In this document: positions 1-11,630 of the stretch, piece by piece | Numbering within the stretch: the stretch's first letter is position 1 | Layout: the number at the start of each line of letters is the position of its first letter | Source: Calcarisporiella thermophila CBS 279.70 | Taxonomy: Eukaryota > Fungi > Calcarisporiellomycota | Length of the DNA stretch: 64,000 nt | Reading direction: 5' to 3' | Assembly: GCF_041956535.1 (NCBI RefSeq) | Contig: NW_027192195.1 | Span: forward strand, 180,336-244,335 | Program-made: the position numbers and the translations under genes | The notes under the pieces: model-generated | What the model was told of the DNA's origin: nothing | The model's input: the letters and a program-made list of their open reading frames with translations, nothing else | The model's database searches: none

Positions 1-585
1 ACAGTAAGACACGCGGCTCAAATTGTCTTCGATTCGGTGCTATGGCAAATCCATCGGGACCGAATCGCCTACCATTTCGAATGCATTCGAGCATCACCCG
101 AGACAATCATCCTCCGTGCCAAAATGGACATCGAGGAGGCTATCGGAGGTGAACTGATAAAGGCACGAAAAAGACGAGAGATAGAGCTATTCCGAAGAAG
201 GTGGTGCATCAGGGAGCGGTAATAGAAAGTTCGGATAGAGCAAGACTAAAACTGGAGTGACGAAGCAACTCTTCCTCTCTCCCTACCTCCTCCCCTCCTC
301 TTCATATTTTTCACCAAATACCCGATCACTATGTACATCTAATCTACCCTTTATTCCCTTACTCCACGTTCATCACCTTCTCTATGTTCTTACCCCCTTG
401 TGTTTCCTTGCTTTCTTCTCTTCTCTCCCTTTCTGGGCTAACATAAATTGTCAAAATCCAAGTTCTACCTTGCCACCTAACTATATCCCCACCCCTTTAT
501 TCCCCCTTTCTTTTTTCATTGTAATCATTAAACTCTTGTAAGCTACAGAAACTAATAAAAGTCTCCGTTGATTGATCAAAAAAAA
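1..585 (+). mobile_element. 3' end of non-LTR (L1/Tx1-like) retrotransposon, unit A (runs off the left edge)
   Basis: Frame reads VLWQIHRDRIAYHF...IELFRRRWCIRER*, resembling the C-terminal helical tail of LINE ORF2. It is followed by a pyrimidine-rich 3'UTR, AATAAA (~554), A8 at 578-585, then TSD TTCAAATCTAATC (592-604). Confidence 0.7.
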
Positions 586-604
586 TTTTATTTCAAATCT
601 AATC

Positions 605-1166
605 GAACTGGGTGAACATCATAGATGATTCTGTGATTTTCATCCAGGGCACCTCTGAAGATCAAATCCCAACCCCAACTCCGGCCTGAGAACTACACCC
701 AACCCTTCACTGCTGTATATTAATACCATCTCCTCTATCGTTCTTTTCCCTACTTTTTTCTTTTTTTTTCTTTTCCTTTTTCTCCTTTCCTTTTTTCTTC
801 TTTCCTCTTCCTTCTTTTACTTTTTCAACCCTTCACTTCTTTTCGTTATTTCATGTACATAAGCAGCCTATCATAATACCCTTGCACACAACTTTTTATC
901 CCTCCCTCTTACAGTTATTCCTATCCCCTTCTTTATTAAGCTAATTGCTGTTTCCATACTTTCCTAGCTCTTTCCTCATCACCTTTTCTCTTTTTCTCTT
1001 ACACTTAAATCCTTTTCTTCCTTCCTTTCTTTTTCCTTCTATCCTCCAAATTCTGCAAGGTAGGCCAGGAGCATTACTTGGGTGATTTTGACATAGAAGC
1101 TACCCTACCTTTTTAACAGGATAGGACACTTTTCAATAATTTGTTAAAAAAAAAATAAAAAAAAAA
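605..1166 (+). mobile_element. 5'-truncated non-LTR retroelement, unit B
   Basis: Flanked by TTCAAATCTAATC at 592-604 and 1170-1182 and ends in poly(A). It is a clear reverse-complement homolog of 57110-57600 (e.g. ggtgaacatcatagat...cctctgaagatcaaatccc and ttctgcaaggtaggccagg...tagaagctacccta). Confidence 0.8.
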
Positions 1167-1182
1167 TAATTCAAATCTAATC

Positions 1183-1412
1183 ATTAGAGATGGGTCCGGG
1201 ACATACTCTAGGAATCGAGCTATAAGATACTTCGTTCTTAATAATTTGATATTGATCGTCCTCAGAAAACAAAGAAATACGTTTAATATAGTGACTTGTC
1301 AGAAGAAATACATGTAAGCAATGGTTGAGCGTTAGAAATAGCGTGCAAATCCTTTCATTTAACTTGTATAGGAGACTTTTCAATAAAAGATCCTTCAATC
1401 TCAAAAAAAAAA
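1183..1412 (+). mobile_element. Short poly(A) retroelement (SINE-like or LINE 3' stub), unit C
   Basis: Flanked by TTCAAATCTAATC (1170-1182, 1416-1428). Ends ACTTTTCAATAAAAGATCCTT...A10. Homologous to 2231-2409. Confidence 0.7.
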
Positions 1413-1745
1413 TATTTCAAATCTAATCTCTTCATCTAATTTCAGATGACCAATTCTTTAATTTGAGCTTTACCTTTGTTCTACTCTATTCACTTTTTGA
1501 CAAATATTACGTGATATGTGAAATGTTTCTCTTGTTATACCATTCTATCTATTCTACTATTTCCATCTATCTGTTTCCTGTTCTTATATAAGGCTTAACA
1601 TTTTTATTCTAATTAATAACAAGTTCCTATCGAGTTTGAGATTTTTCAGTGCTATTTCTCCACATTTCCTAAATTCCACATAACAGAAAGGAAAGAATAG
1701 AAAAAAATATTTATATACCAATTTTCATTTTTTTGGATGCCCTGC

Positions 1746-2193
1746 GGTGACGGCACCCGTCCAGCAAAAATCGACATGTCTCCATGTTGTTACACGACAT
1801 CATGGTGTGGAGTATACATAAGACCAGGATTGCAATTGTGATGGACAACCAAGAACACGAGGACATCGCATTCAAGTGTACCATTTTGTCAGATCTTATC
1901 ATAACAATCAAAGGACAATGGATACAGGCACAGAGGAAAAAAGACGAAGAAGGGTTCAAGCAAAAATGTGGAAAAAGCTCGCTAATCCGGATCGATGACA
2001 GCCAAGGAGTAGCATTCGATTTCGAGGAAGCCAAAAACACTTAATCTGACATTTCCAAGACCGGAACTCTTTAAACTATATCCCAATTTCTTCTAGTACT
2101 TAATAAGCCTGTCCGAAAGCACATCTCACATTTGTAATACATATTAAATAAACCACAGGACGCAAGTTCCTGCGTCCTTAGAGGAAAAAAAAA
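1746..2193 (+). mobile_element. 5'-truncated non-LTR retroelement, unit D (ORF2 C-terminus plus 3'UTR)
   Basis: ORF 1784-2044 (IMVWSIHKTRIAIVMD...EGFKQKCGKSSLIRIDD) aligns by eye with unit A and with the 57.6-57.76 kb frame. AATAAA, a hairpin and poly(A) mark the 3' end. Flanked by T-run+ATGCCCTGC at 1737-1745 and 2222-2230. Confidence 0.7.
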
Positions 2194-2230
2194 TACATCC
2201 CAAAAGAAAAAAAATTTTTTTATGCCCTGC

Positions 2231-2409
2231 TAGAGAGGGGTCCGGGACATATTCTAGGAATCGAGCTATAAGCAACTTCGTTAATAATTTGATATTGGTA
2301 GTCATCAGTAAACAAGCAATGCATGTAAGAAATGGTGGAGGGAGTGTACAAGCTTTTCATTTAACTTGTATAGGTGACTTTTCAATAAAAGATCCTTTAA
2401 TAAAAAAAA
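2231..2409 (+). mobile_element. Short poly(A) retroelement, unit E (same family as C)
   Basis: Starts tagagaggggtccgggacatattctaggaatcgagctataag, as unit C does. Ends acttttcaataaaagatcctt+poly(A). Flanked by ATGCCCTGC (2222-2230, 2420-2428). Confidence 0.7.
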
Positions 2410-2569
2410 TATTTTTTTGATGCCCTGCTTCCTTCGACCAAAACACTTAGCTCCATTACGATATTGCAGAATACCCTACCACCCGTATTCCAAATTTCCC
2501 TTTTCTTTTTCTTTTCCTTTTTTATCACTTCCCTCTCTCGTCTACCACCTTCCTTGAAAAATAGTAAAG

Positions 2570-2626
2570 ATATGCACACTCTCTACCATTTCTTACATGT
2601 ATTTCTTGTTTTTGATGACTATCAAT
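2570..2626 (-). repeat. Inverted degenerate fragment of the C/E family
   Basis: Reverse complement (tagtcatcaaaaacaagaaatacatgtaagaaatggtagagagtgtgca) matches the internal part of unit E (tagtcatcagtaaacaagcaatgcatgtaagaaatggtggagggagtgtaca). Confidence 0.55.
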
Positions 2627-3428
2627 TTCTTTATTCGGAACGAAAAAGGATACTTATTAATAATGATCCTCCTAACAAAAAAAACAAGGTCTTTTCCTTT
2701 GTTATGGTTTATGAGCACTTTTAGTACTTATTGTTGCCTTATTCTAACACTTTTCTATGCTATCTCCTACAGGATAATGAAAAACACTTAATTCGTTCTA
2801 TTATCTTCCTTAACTTTGTTATATTAGTTTTCACATTTTTTATACAATTAGTGTATTTATAGTGTATTAAGGCGTCTTCCAAGTCCCAAAATATGAAACA
2901 GTCAAACAAGTAGAGGTCGTATTCTGCACAATATAGCAAACTGGCTCTTTTCTAATTTTCTAATTTATAGTCGCCATATTTTTGTGTCTTTTTTCTTATA
3001 TCATTCATTGAATTGCTTTGTTTAATTTAATCCGTTACCAAACTTATCAAACAAGTGTTTTCCTTTTCGTTCTATTTAAAAGCACCTTTCTACTCTTTAT
3101 TTTCAGAATAGTTTTCATTTGTGTTAATTTATTTGGAGCTTTTATATAAATGGTATGAAAGGTATTTAGCATATTCTGAACTCAAATAATATTGCTTTTT
3201 GCGCAAAAATTTATCGTGCCTTTATGGGATAAAAAGAAACAAAAGGCTTTCTTACCAGACACATGTTTACATACAAACATCATTGACAGTGGACCAATTT
3301 TGTAAGTAAAGTGTTTTTTTTAAAAAAACTGGGAACATCTGAGAAAAATAAAATAGAAACTAGCGTGAAAACATTCTTTCATTACACGGGTTAATAGTAT
3401 GCCAAAAGTGTAGAGTAATTTTTACACT

Positions 3429-6115
3429 TTAATTTCCAAAAACAATCAGCTTCGTTTTCGCGTTGTTTAACATCCAGATGTTTACTCTCTGGTATTCTTG
3501 AACACAGTCCATTAGCTGTTCTTCGCTGTATCCTTTCCTGAGTACAAGTTGTTTGACTTCGGCGAATTTGAGCTCCTGCCGAACAGCTACATCGGGGTCA
3601 TCTTCATCACGTTGCATCATATTGTGAATCAGCTTATAAATTTGATCTACAGGCGAACCACGAGGCCGAGTTCTAGACCCATCCTCTTTGGTATCAGCAA
3701 TAGAAGCTTCCATCAACCGCAATGCTTCATCCACATCCTCAGTTGAAACTTGATCTGCGAAGCGTAGACGAGCAAAAGCTTGTGATAAACGGACAATACC
3801 CAAAAGTGTACGTGCACTGATATATGACGGGTTGCTTGAATCGTCTTTTGAAGTTGGGTTATTCTTATTATTCTTATCGGCTTGAACTTTGGCGTATTCC
3901 TTGCGCATGTTGACATATTGAGATACAGCATATTCACCCACTACTTGAGTGAGCACTGGCCGTGTTTGGCGTGCAAGCGCAATATAGTGTCTGGGTAGGA
4001 AATAGTTGATAAATAATGCAACAAACAGAATGAATTACAAAGGGGGAGGGGGGTAATCAATATTTATTTACCTAATAACTGCAGGCTCAAGTGGATCGAA
4101 ATCCAATGGAGGATGGGTTCCTTGCTTATGTACTTCGGTGACATGCTCTGCAAGTCTTGCATCTTCATCTCTATCCGGCCGATCGCAAATTATGAAAATC
4201 AGGTCAAATCGCGAAAGCAATGCCGCTGGCAAATTGATATTTTCAGCTGGTGTTTTGTTTTTGTCATAGCGGCCCCCAAGAGGATTTGCTGCTGCCAAAA
4301 CGGCCGTACGTGCGTTCAAAGTCGTCGTAATCCCTGCCTTGCTGATACTAACTGTTTGTTGCTCCATAACCTCATGGATTGCAGTACGATCAGCGTCGTC
4401 CATCTTATCGAATTCATCAATGCAACAAATTCCGTTGTCAGCAAGAACGAGAGCGCCACCTTCAAGCACTAGCTCGCCTGTCACCGGGTCTTTAATCAAT
4501 GCTGCCGTCAATCCCACTCCAGAACTTCCGCGACCAGTCGTGTAAACAGCACGTGGTGCAACCTTGGAAATAAATTTAAGCAGTTGTGATTTAGCAACAC
4601 CAGGGTCCCCCATCAAACAAATGTTGATATCGCCACGGATCTTCATCCCATCGCCAACGGTTTTTGTGACCCCACCCACAAGCAAGAGAAGTAAGGCCTT
4701 CTTAATATCCTCGTGACCCCAGATTTCAGGAGCGATACTTCGTGCAAGACGTGTGAATATATTAGGGTCGCGACTGAGTTCGTAGATTTCAGATCGAATT
4801 TCTTCTGTCAACTCCATTTTGTTATATTGTTTCTTGTGCTGATGCACATGTTGTGCCTCTAGATAAGTATCGGTAAGTAGCCCTGCGCGTAGAGCTTTGA
4901 AGCCAGTATAAGGAAGCGGAAGGAAAATCCCAGAGATGTCAACGATATCTCCAGGAGTAACCGTGCGAGTGATAGGACCGATGAGATATACCTTCATCGT
5001 GCGGGGGATGTGCCCGATGGGAACTTGGTCTGTCTAAATTTAAAATTAACCAGTTCAATCTTGGTCAGTGACAGTAAAAAGCAAGTTAATATTCACCAGC
5101 TCTTGTAGCTTAATTTCTTGGAAAGCTAAAAACCGGCTTGCCCGTGTCTGAAGATACAATTTACTTTTTCTTCCATTACCCAGACATCTAGCAGAGGTAC
5201 ATGTCATGAGCGGCATAAATTGAAGCTGAGTCACTTCTTGGAAAATTTCATATCCGCATTCCTCGCAACTGTAGGTGTTAAGGCCGGCAAAAGGCTTCAC
5301 GTCACTCACGCGAGTCACAATACCACGCACTTTTACCAAGCGTCCCAGAGATTCACCTTTGACCTCTCTTATTGCCATAGGCTTTGCTCTTGATAATGGT
5401 TTGATATAAACAGAGCTAAAAGAAAAAACTATTGAGCTAGACATGATTTTAGCATTTAACTGAAATTATATTACTATCTTCGAGTCAGGATAGCAGGAAA
5501 TGTTGATTGTCCTTCCTGTGCAAGAATTTGATCCCGCTCTCGGCGCTGTTGAATGATAATATCGATTACATCGTCTTTGTAGCTCAAATCTATAGTCGGC
5601 TCCGGGAGAAGTTTATCTATAGCTCTCGAAAAGAGTTCGACGTATCGCTTCGAATTTTTGTTAATGTTAGCAACTGTATGCTGTTCGCTGTCCTCGTACT
5701 AAGACATCGAATTAAAAAATTAATACATTTTTTAATATTGGGATATTTGGCGTTAGTTTCTACCTCAGCTAAATCATCCAGTTCGATAGTGATGCAATCT
5801 TGTTCTCTATTGGCAATTGCTTGCTATAATCAAAACGCTAAGATTTAGAACCCAACCTTCACAATTATAGATAATACGTACCAATTGATCATGATATTTT
5901 GCAACACCGCCTTTTATTTGATCATCTTCTTCATCGTCCGAGTAAGAATAGTCATTTCGTGCTGATTTAGTGCGAAATTTTTCTAGAAATTCCAATAACT
6001 TTTCTGAAAATATAAAAAATAATTCAATAGATATATTCCATTTGGTTTTATAATCAAATATACCTTGTTCTTGATCAAAATTGAGATACACCGAGGTGGC
6101 AACAGGTAGTGCCAT
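3429..6115 (-). CDS. MCM7: DNA replication licensing factor MCM7 (multi-exon)
   Basis: Zn finger CEECG...CTSARC, Walker [10 protein letters not shown], Walker [10 protein letters not shown], Arg finger LLSRFDL. MCM7-typical [13 protein letters not shown] and [20 protein letters not shown] are present. ATG at 6115; several GT-AG introns. Confidence 0.95.
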
Positions 6116-6216
6116 CGTTATGTTATTTTAATCGAAAAATAAAAGACGAGTCGCACAATGGAATTGGAAATAGTTTTAAAGTAATAGAACAAAATGGCCC
6201 TTTAAAAAAAAAAAAA

Positions 6217-6255
6217 ACGCGACGCGATTCCAATGTAAAATTAAATCGCGTAAAA
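6217..6255. promoter_or_regulatory. Cluster of MCB/SCB/E2F-like CGCG elements in the MCM7 promoter
   Basis: ACGCGACGCG (6217-6226) and TCGCGTAAAA (6246-6255) lie in an otherwise very AT-rich stretch 100-140 bp upstream of the MCM7 ATG. Confidence 0.55.
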
Positions 6256-6981
6256 AATGGTTACGTCACTAACCTAACCTAAATTATTTTCTGGCATTGT
6301 TTACATTTATTATTGCATGAGCATATTGTATATACTAGTATATGTGTGCGAGGTATATAGGTACATGTATGGGCTGAAATATGCTAGAGATACTAGGTGC
6401 ATATGGAGTCGAGCTATCACTTGGAAAAGAACTGGCATAACAGACTTGAAGACTATATTGATATCTAACTGGTAATAATTCAGGCTAACGAAGACTACAA
6501 AGAATATAGTAGTCTCCTAGTACACTACCGTCGACTATCACACATGAAGGAGCAACATGGTAACTCCCTTTATTAGTACGGAATAAAATAATGTAGTTGG
6601 ATATTGACGATCATGCATAGTTTCTCCATGTAATTCTAATAAAATTTCCACATCCAATCCCACTCCACCCTTTCATCTCACAATCTCTTCCTTCCTGAAT
6701 ATACGATTGTCCTATAAACGAATCCTAATCGCACTGGAATATGTTTGCGCTTCCTATAGTCAATTCCGCAATAGCTCAAATTCGAGATTAATTGGCGATG
6801 TCGATCGTAATTTATCCTCCGGAAGATCGAGAACACTGTAGATATTTAGGACCTCAGGAGAGGGTGGTTGTGATTTGGCATTCAAAAATGCGCAGGCTCG
6901 TCCACATCTCGCCCAAACACAGCATCAGAAAAAATGATAATAAACAAAGCTCTCGTTTATTTTATAAAAATTATTAACAGA

Positions 6982-7419
6982 TTATTCCTCATCCTCCTCC
7001 TCATCCTCCTGAGAAGAGATGTTGAAGTACCGGAGCTCAAAGGTCTGCTTATCGCTGGCAATAACACGGAGCCAGTCACGAAGCTGGTGCTTCTTGAGGA
7101 ACTTCTTCGTGAGGTACTTGAGGTAGCGCTTGGAGAACTGGGTGTTGGCTGTCACGGTGATCTTTGAGTCGCCACCACGAGCAATGGTCACGGCATCACC
7201 AAGGTTGTTTGTGCGGCCATTAACCTTGACGCGATCGTGAAGGAACTTTTCGAAAGCGGCCGCGTCGAAAATCTTATCGTTCGCGGGACCAGAGCAGTCA
7301 ATGACGAACTTCTTCTGGATCTTCTTCGCTTTGGTAGCCTTCTATACGAAATGGTGGAATGAGCTCAGCAATAGATTCTAGTTTATTTTCTTAGTTAGAG
7401 TGCTTACCACAGCGGGCAT
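6982..7419 (-). CDS. RPL22: 60S ribosomal protein eL22
   Basis: Exon 1 MPAV (7419-7408), intron, then [42 protein letters not shown]...[27 protein letters not shown]...EDEE. Confidence 0.95.
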
Positions 7420-7880
7420 GATGACCTTCGATTTTCAATTGAGAAAAGAAAAAGGAGAGAGAGGGAGCAAAGTAAAAGATTCTTGCTACTTTTAAACCAC
7501 AAACAAAAAATTTTTTGGATATCCGATCCTTATCCATTCATAAGCCACCGATTCACCAGTCGAAAATAGGAGATAAAGTATCTACATCGGTGTGAGATTA
7601 ATAAAAAATAACATTGTGATTATGCACTAGGGTAAAGGTCAATAGAATGAATTTCAGTTAGACTTTTATTGTGGAAAAAACAATGAATGATGACATTATG
7701 GGTCATATTGATATATGTATAATATCCTGATCTAAATAAAATAAAGAGCCAAATAAGCACGTCAAATTTCGGATTCAAATACGTGCCTCGGCAATTAAAT
7801 TCGGATATTCTTAATCTTTTCGCTCATTAAACTCCTTAACTCGCTTCTTATTCCTTTAAACCCATTAGAGATATACAATA

Positions 7881-10800
7881 ATGGAGAATAAATATCCTAG
7901 TTATAGAACTAATGTTCAGACTAATTTGGTAGATATATGGAGTATTCTTGATATTTTTAGCTTCTTACAAGTTTTAATTTATATAATTCGCAACGAATAT
8001 GTAGCCAACCCCTCCCCAGGCCATTGCTCCACTAGGAAAATCCCCATCAAAGGTGAGAATAAGATACTGTTAGGCATTTCTGGCTCTTAACTGGATTCTT
8101 AACAAAATTTCATCTTATTCCCCACTACTTGAAGTATGATGATTGGAGTGTAACACAAGCTTCACAAGATTCCTGCAATCCTGACAGTGAAGGCAATCTT
8201 CTAGCTCAACTCATCAAAACAGAATCACAATATATAAAAGAATTGGAGAGAGTAATATAGACCTTACAGTTGACAAATTCTTCTTCGATAGTAACATTGG
8301 CTTTTTCTCTCTTTAACAGCTATCTTCATTATGGAGTACCTTTAATCCTTCTGAGCTTTATGTCTTGCTGGCAAATCTTGAAGCCATCTGTAATGCTAGT
8401 AAAGAGTTCGTCCAGGTAAGATATCTAAAGTTATACTTGAATATAGATTCAAATATTGAATTGGTTTTTTCTTTTCTTCATCTGAGCTAGAATCTCAACA
8501 TCGAACTCACTCCTTCATCCACAAGAGAACTTGAGGATACATTGATACTGCTGGTATATCATATGCTTTATCTATTATGTTCAAATGTATTTATGTTTTT
8601 ATCTTTTAGGCTGATAAACTCCTTCCGATATATATTGAATACTTCGAAGGTTTCATTTCCAACATGGGTATTCTAAGCTCCATCAGGAACTCTCAATCAC
8701 AAAGCAGATATCCTGTAATTATTGTGCAAACGAAATTATGCACGTGAATGATATTAATTGCTTATTATATCGTAGATTGACTCTTCATCTCTCCAGCAGT
8801 CGCAGGAAGATAAGCTAGAGTATTTATTCAATATTCCGTACGAGAGGCTCGTCTACTACAAGAAATTATACGAAGTATTTTGGACGCAGTTTAAATGCAA
8901 ACTATCTCGGTGCATTTCTGACTCTTCTTCTTTAGGTCTTGTTGGGGAGCTATAATCCAGATACTTCTGAATATCAAGAACTCTTGTATGCAAGTCAAAG
9001 GGTTGAAACTGTAATTCAGCTGGCCGAACAAATCCGTATCAGCTCGGTAGATGATAATAAGAGCTCTATGCAGTATAATAATGGATATAACGCGCAAAGT
9101 CTTGTCGAAGAATATGCCACAGACGATTGTCAGCAGAGAATATCTCCAACATTACCGGACGACGTGGATTTGCATACCCCCCTCGAAACTTTTCAAGAGA
9201 GCATTGATTGCACATATGTCCGTGATTTATTCACACTCCAGCCAAAAGTAAAGTATTTTATATATACATGTGACAACTTATAATTATGATATACCATTGA
9301 TATATTTGATAATAGAGGTGTAAACTTCAGCTTAGCCCTCCTAATATGCCAAACCAACGTTTTATTGTTGAGCGTGGTAACGTGTTCATATCTCTCCTTG
9401 ATAAACGTGATAACGTTACAGGTTCATGTGTAACCCACCCTAGCGGACATGTGGTACTCCTCAGCGACTTATTCTTAATATGTAACCGTATGACAGAGGA
9501 GGAAATGAGGCGAAAGCCTGGCAAAAGGCTCTATCTCCTGTATCCACCTCTCATGGTCCGGTATCTCCACTTTGCTTTAGTGGATTCAAATGAAGAAGGT
9601 GCCTACAAAAATGCTGAGAACTCCTTTTATTTATATCAATTATATATTCAACCTTTATTTTATAGATTCCCTCTTCGAGGTGGTGATAAAAAAGCGGGAA
9701 AGAATACTAATGCGCGCTCCAAATAAGCAGGCTCGAGATCTATGGCTCAAAATCGCATCAGAGCGTGGATTGACGCTTGGCGTTGATGGTCTCACAGCAA
9801 TCGAGCGTAAAATGCCACAGAAAGATCTGCCACGCCCTGGAGAAACTATCCTCCATACAAATAAGCCTTCTTCCAGCCAGCATCCCTCAGAACCGATGCC
9901 CATTGAGCTATCGCAGCAATTGAATTCTCCTTCGTCAGATCCTGAAGCCGCAACTCAGAGCCAAGTATCTGGCCTTGCTGCTAAGCGCGGTTACGCGCCA
10001 TTGCTGATGAATCCATCCCATGCATCCAGCCATTTGGAAAAACATGCAACATCCCCAAAATCTGTCGCAATCTCGCCTAGTCTGGCCCCACAGTCAAGTC
10101 CATCCCAAAATTCCCAGCATATGCTCTCCCCACTGCCCTCTCCCTCGAGCTCACCAATGCTCTCCCCACTTCACTCACCGATATTTACAACGTCTCCTGG
10201 CCTCCAGTCCTCCCCTCATCTGGGTCCGGCAGGAAGTAATGATTTCCTCCGGCCCGTGTCATCAGACCGTCACCAACTCCGCACCGATCGCACAATTTCA
10301 ACGTGGTCTACATTATCCAACTCGGCCGTTCGCGATGTGATACTCCGAACTGGGACATGTGATGTTTTCCAGCGTAAAGGAAATGAATGGCGTGTGCTAC
10401 AGGAGGATTGCGCCGTGGAGGTGCGTGTGGCGACAAGCGATCGCAAATGTGTATCTATTCTGCTTGAAGAGCGAAATCAACTTGTCCTTAATGCGTGGAT
10501 TAAAACCGGTTTGATAATCGCAAGAGAATCAGCTACCGATCTTGTTTTACGCTGCGAGGTTGGAGGAAGAAAGGAGGCGTATCGATTAGTATTTGATGTG
10601 CCATACGATGTCGATGCTCTTGAGAGTATGTTGCAGCGCTTTCTTGCGGAACAAGCCCCTTCTATGGACCCGGCTCATCTATTGTCGCGATTTGCAAGTC
10701 TAGCAACGGAAGAAGAAGTGGTGGAGCAAACGTTGCAGCTGGAAAATCGTGTAAAGGGCAAGGTGTACCTGCAAAATGAATATGCAAGCTGGATTTATCT

Positions 10801-11050
10801 TGGATCGGTGGTTTTGCTTCTCTCGATACAGAAGCCATCTAACAAAGCCCATGTAAGGATAGATCTCGAGCGGAAAAAGACTTGCCTCTTGAATGCATTA
10901 ATTCTGCCGGAGTGGGTCGAGCGTCTCGCCAATAAACGCCTTACAATCATGGTGCAAAACGACCGGGGTTTATCCACGGTCTATGCTGTACAATTTAAGG
11001 ATGAGGCCACCACCAACATAGTGTTTGATCATATCAAGAATCAGGGCTGA
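7881..11050 (+). CDS. DH-PH (RhoGEF-like) protein with a Ser/Pro linker and two C-terminal PH-like domains
   Basis: Spliced exons give LLAQLIKTESQYIKELER (DH CR1), LEYLFNIPYERLVYYKKLYE (DH CR3) and the PH end ILMRAPNKQARDLWLK. The C-terminal region has repeated 'W..lG/LVLNAWI/LLNALI' PH-like folds. The start codon is uncertain. Confidence 0.7.
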
Positions 11051-11630
11051 TCGATCTTATCCCTATCTTACCCCCATTGTTTTTCTCTATTTATTGTATT
11101 TGACTTTCTCAATGCTATTTATGAAAAGATGTCTATTTAATTGGTATATATTATTTTTATTTATTACACATGTTATTTAATCTATTTCTTTTCTTACCCT
11201 CTTTTCCCTCATCCATCTCTCCGTCCCCATCTGCCAAGGCGCTCATACAGTATTTCTTTTAATGGATTTAAGTAAATCTTTTAATAACTAATTTCTCGTG
11301 AATTTTAAACATTTGAATAATATTAATACCACTAATAATAATAATGCTTACTTGGAATTCATCCCTCTATAAGGGCTCAACTAAAAAAGTCCTTAAATAG
11401 TTACAAAGACCATTTTATTATATATGCCTGTCTCGAAAGCACCTCGAAATTTCACTCTTTTAGCTTAAAGTGCGTTCAATTCGTCTCGTAATACTAAGAT
11501 TTTACTTATTTAATAATCCTATTTGGGATTGACATTCCAATATTTGTGACTGGATTTTCATTGTTGACAAATGTGACTTTTGTGAATTCCTTATAGCTCT
11601 TACCCGATTACTAGCATAATCTCGAACATC

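Noticed and set aside
592-1428. CRISPR-like or telomeric repeat array
   Set aside because: The repeats are only 13-16 bp, separated by 230-570 bp poly(A)-ending units. This fits TSDs in a eukaryotic genome.
2410-2520. Antisense LINE ORF2 tail acting as host for the second insertion site (REIWNTGGRVFCNIV)
   Set aside because: The resemblance to the other ORF2 tails is weak and short; not supportable by eye.
6300-6930. Possible degenerate TE or gene between MCM7 and RPL22
   Set aside because: Frames contain multiple stops, and no motif, terminal repeat or TSD could be identified.
11420-11450. Short similarity to the unit D 3'UTR (gcctgtc.cgaaagcac)
   Set aside because: Too short to distinguish from chance without alignment statistics.
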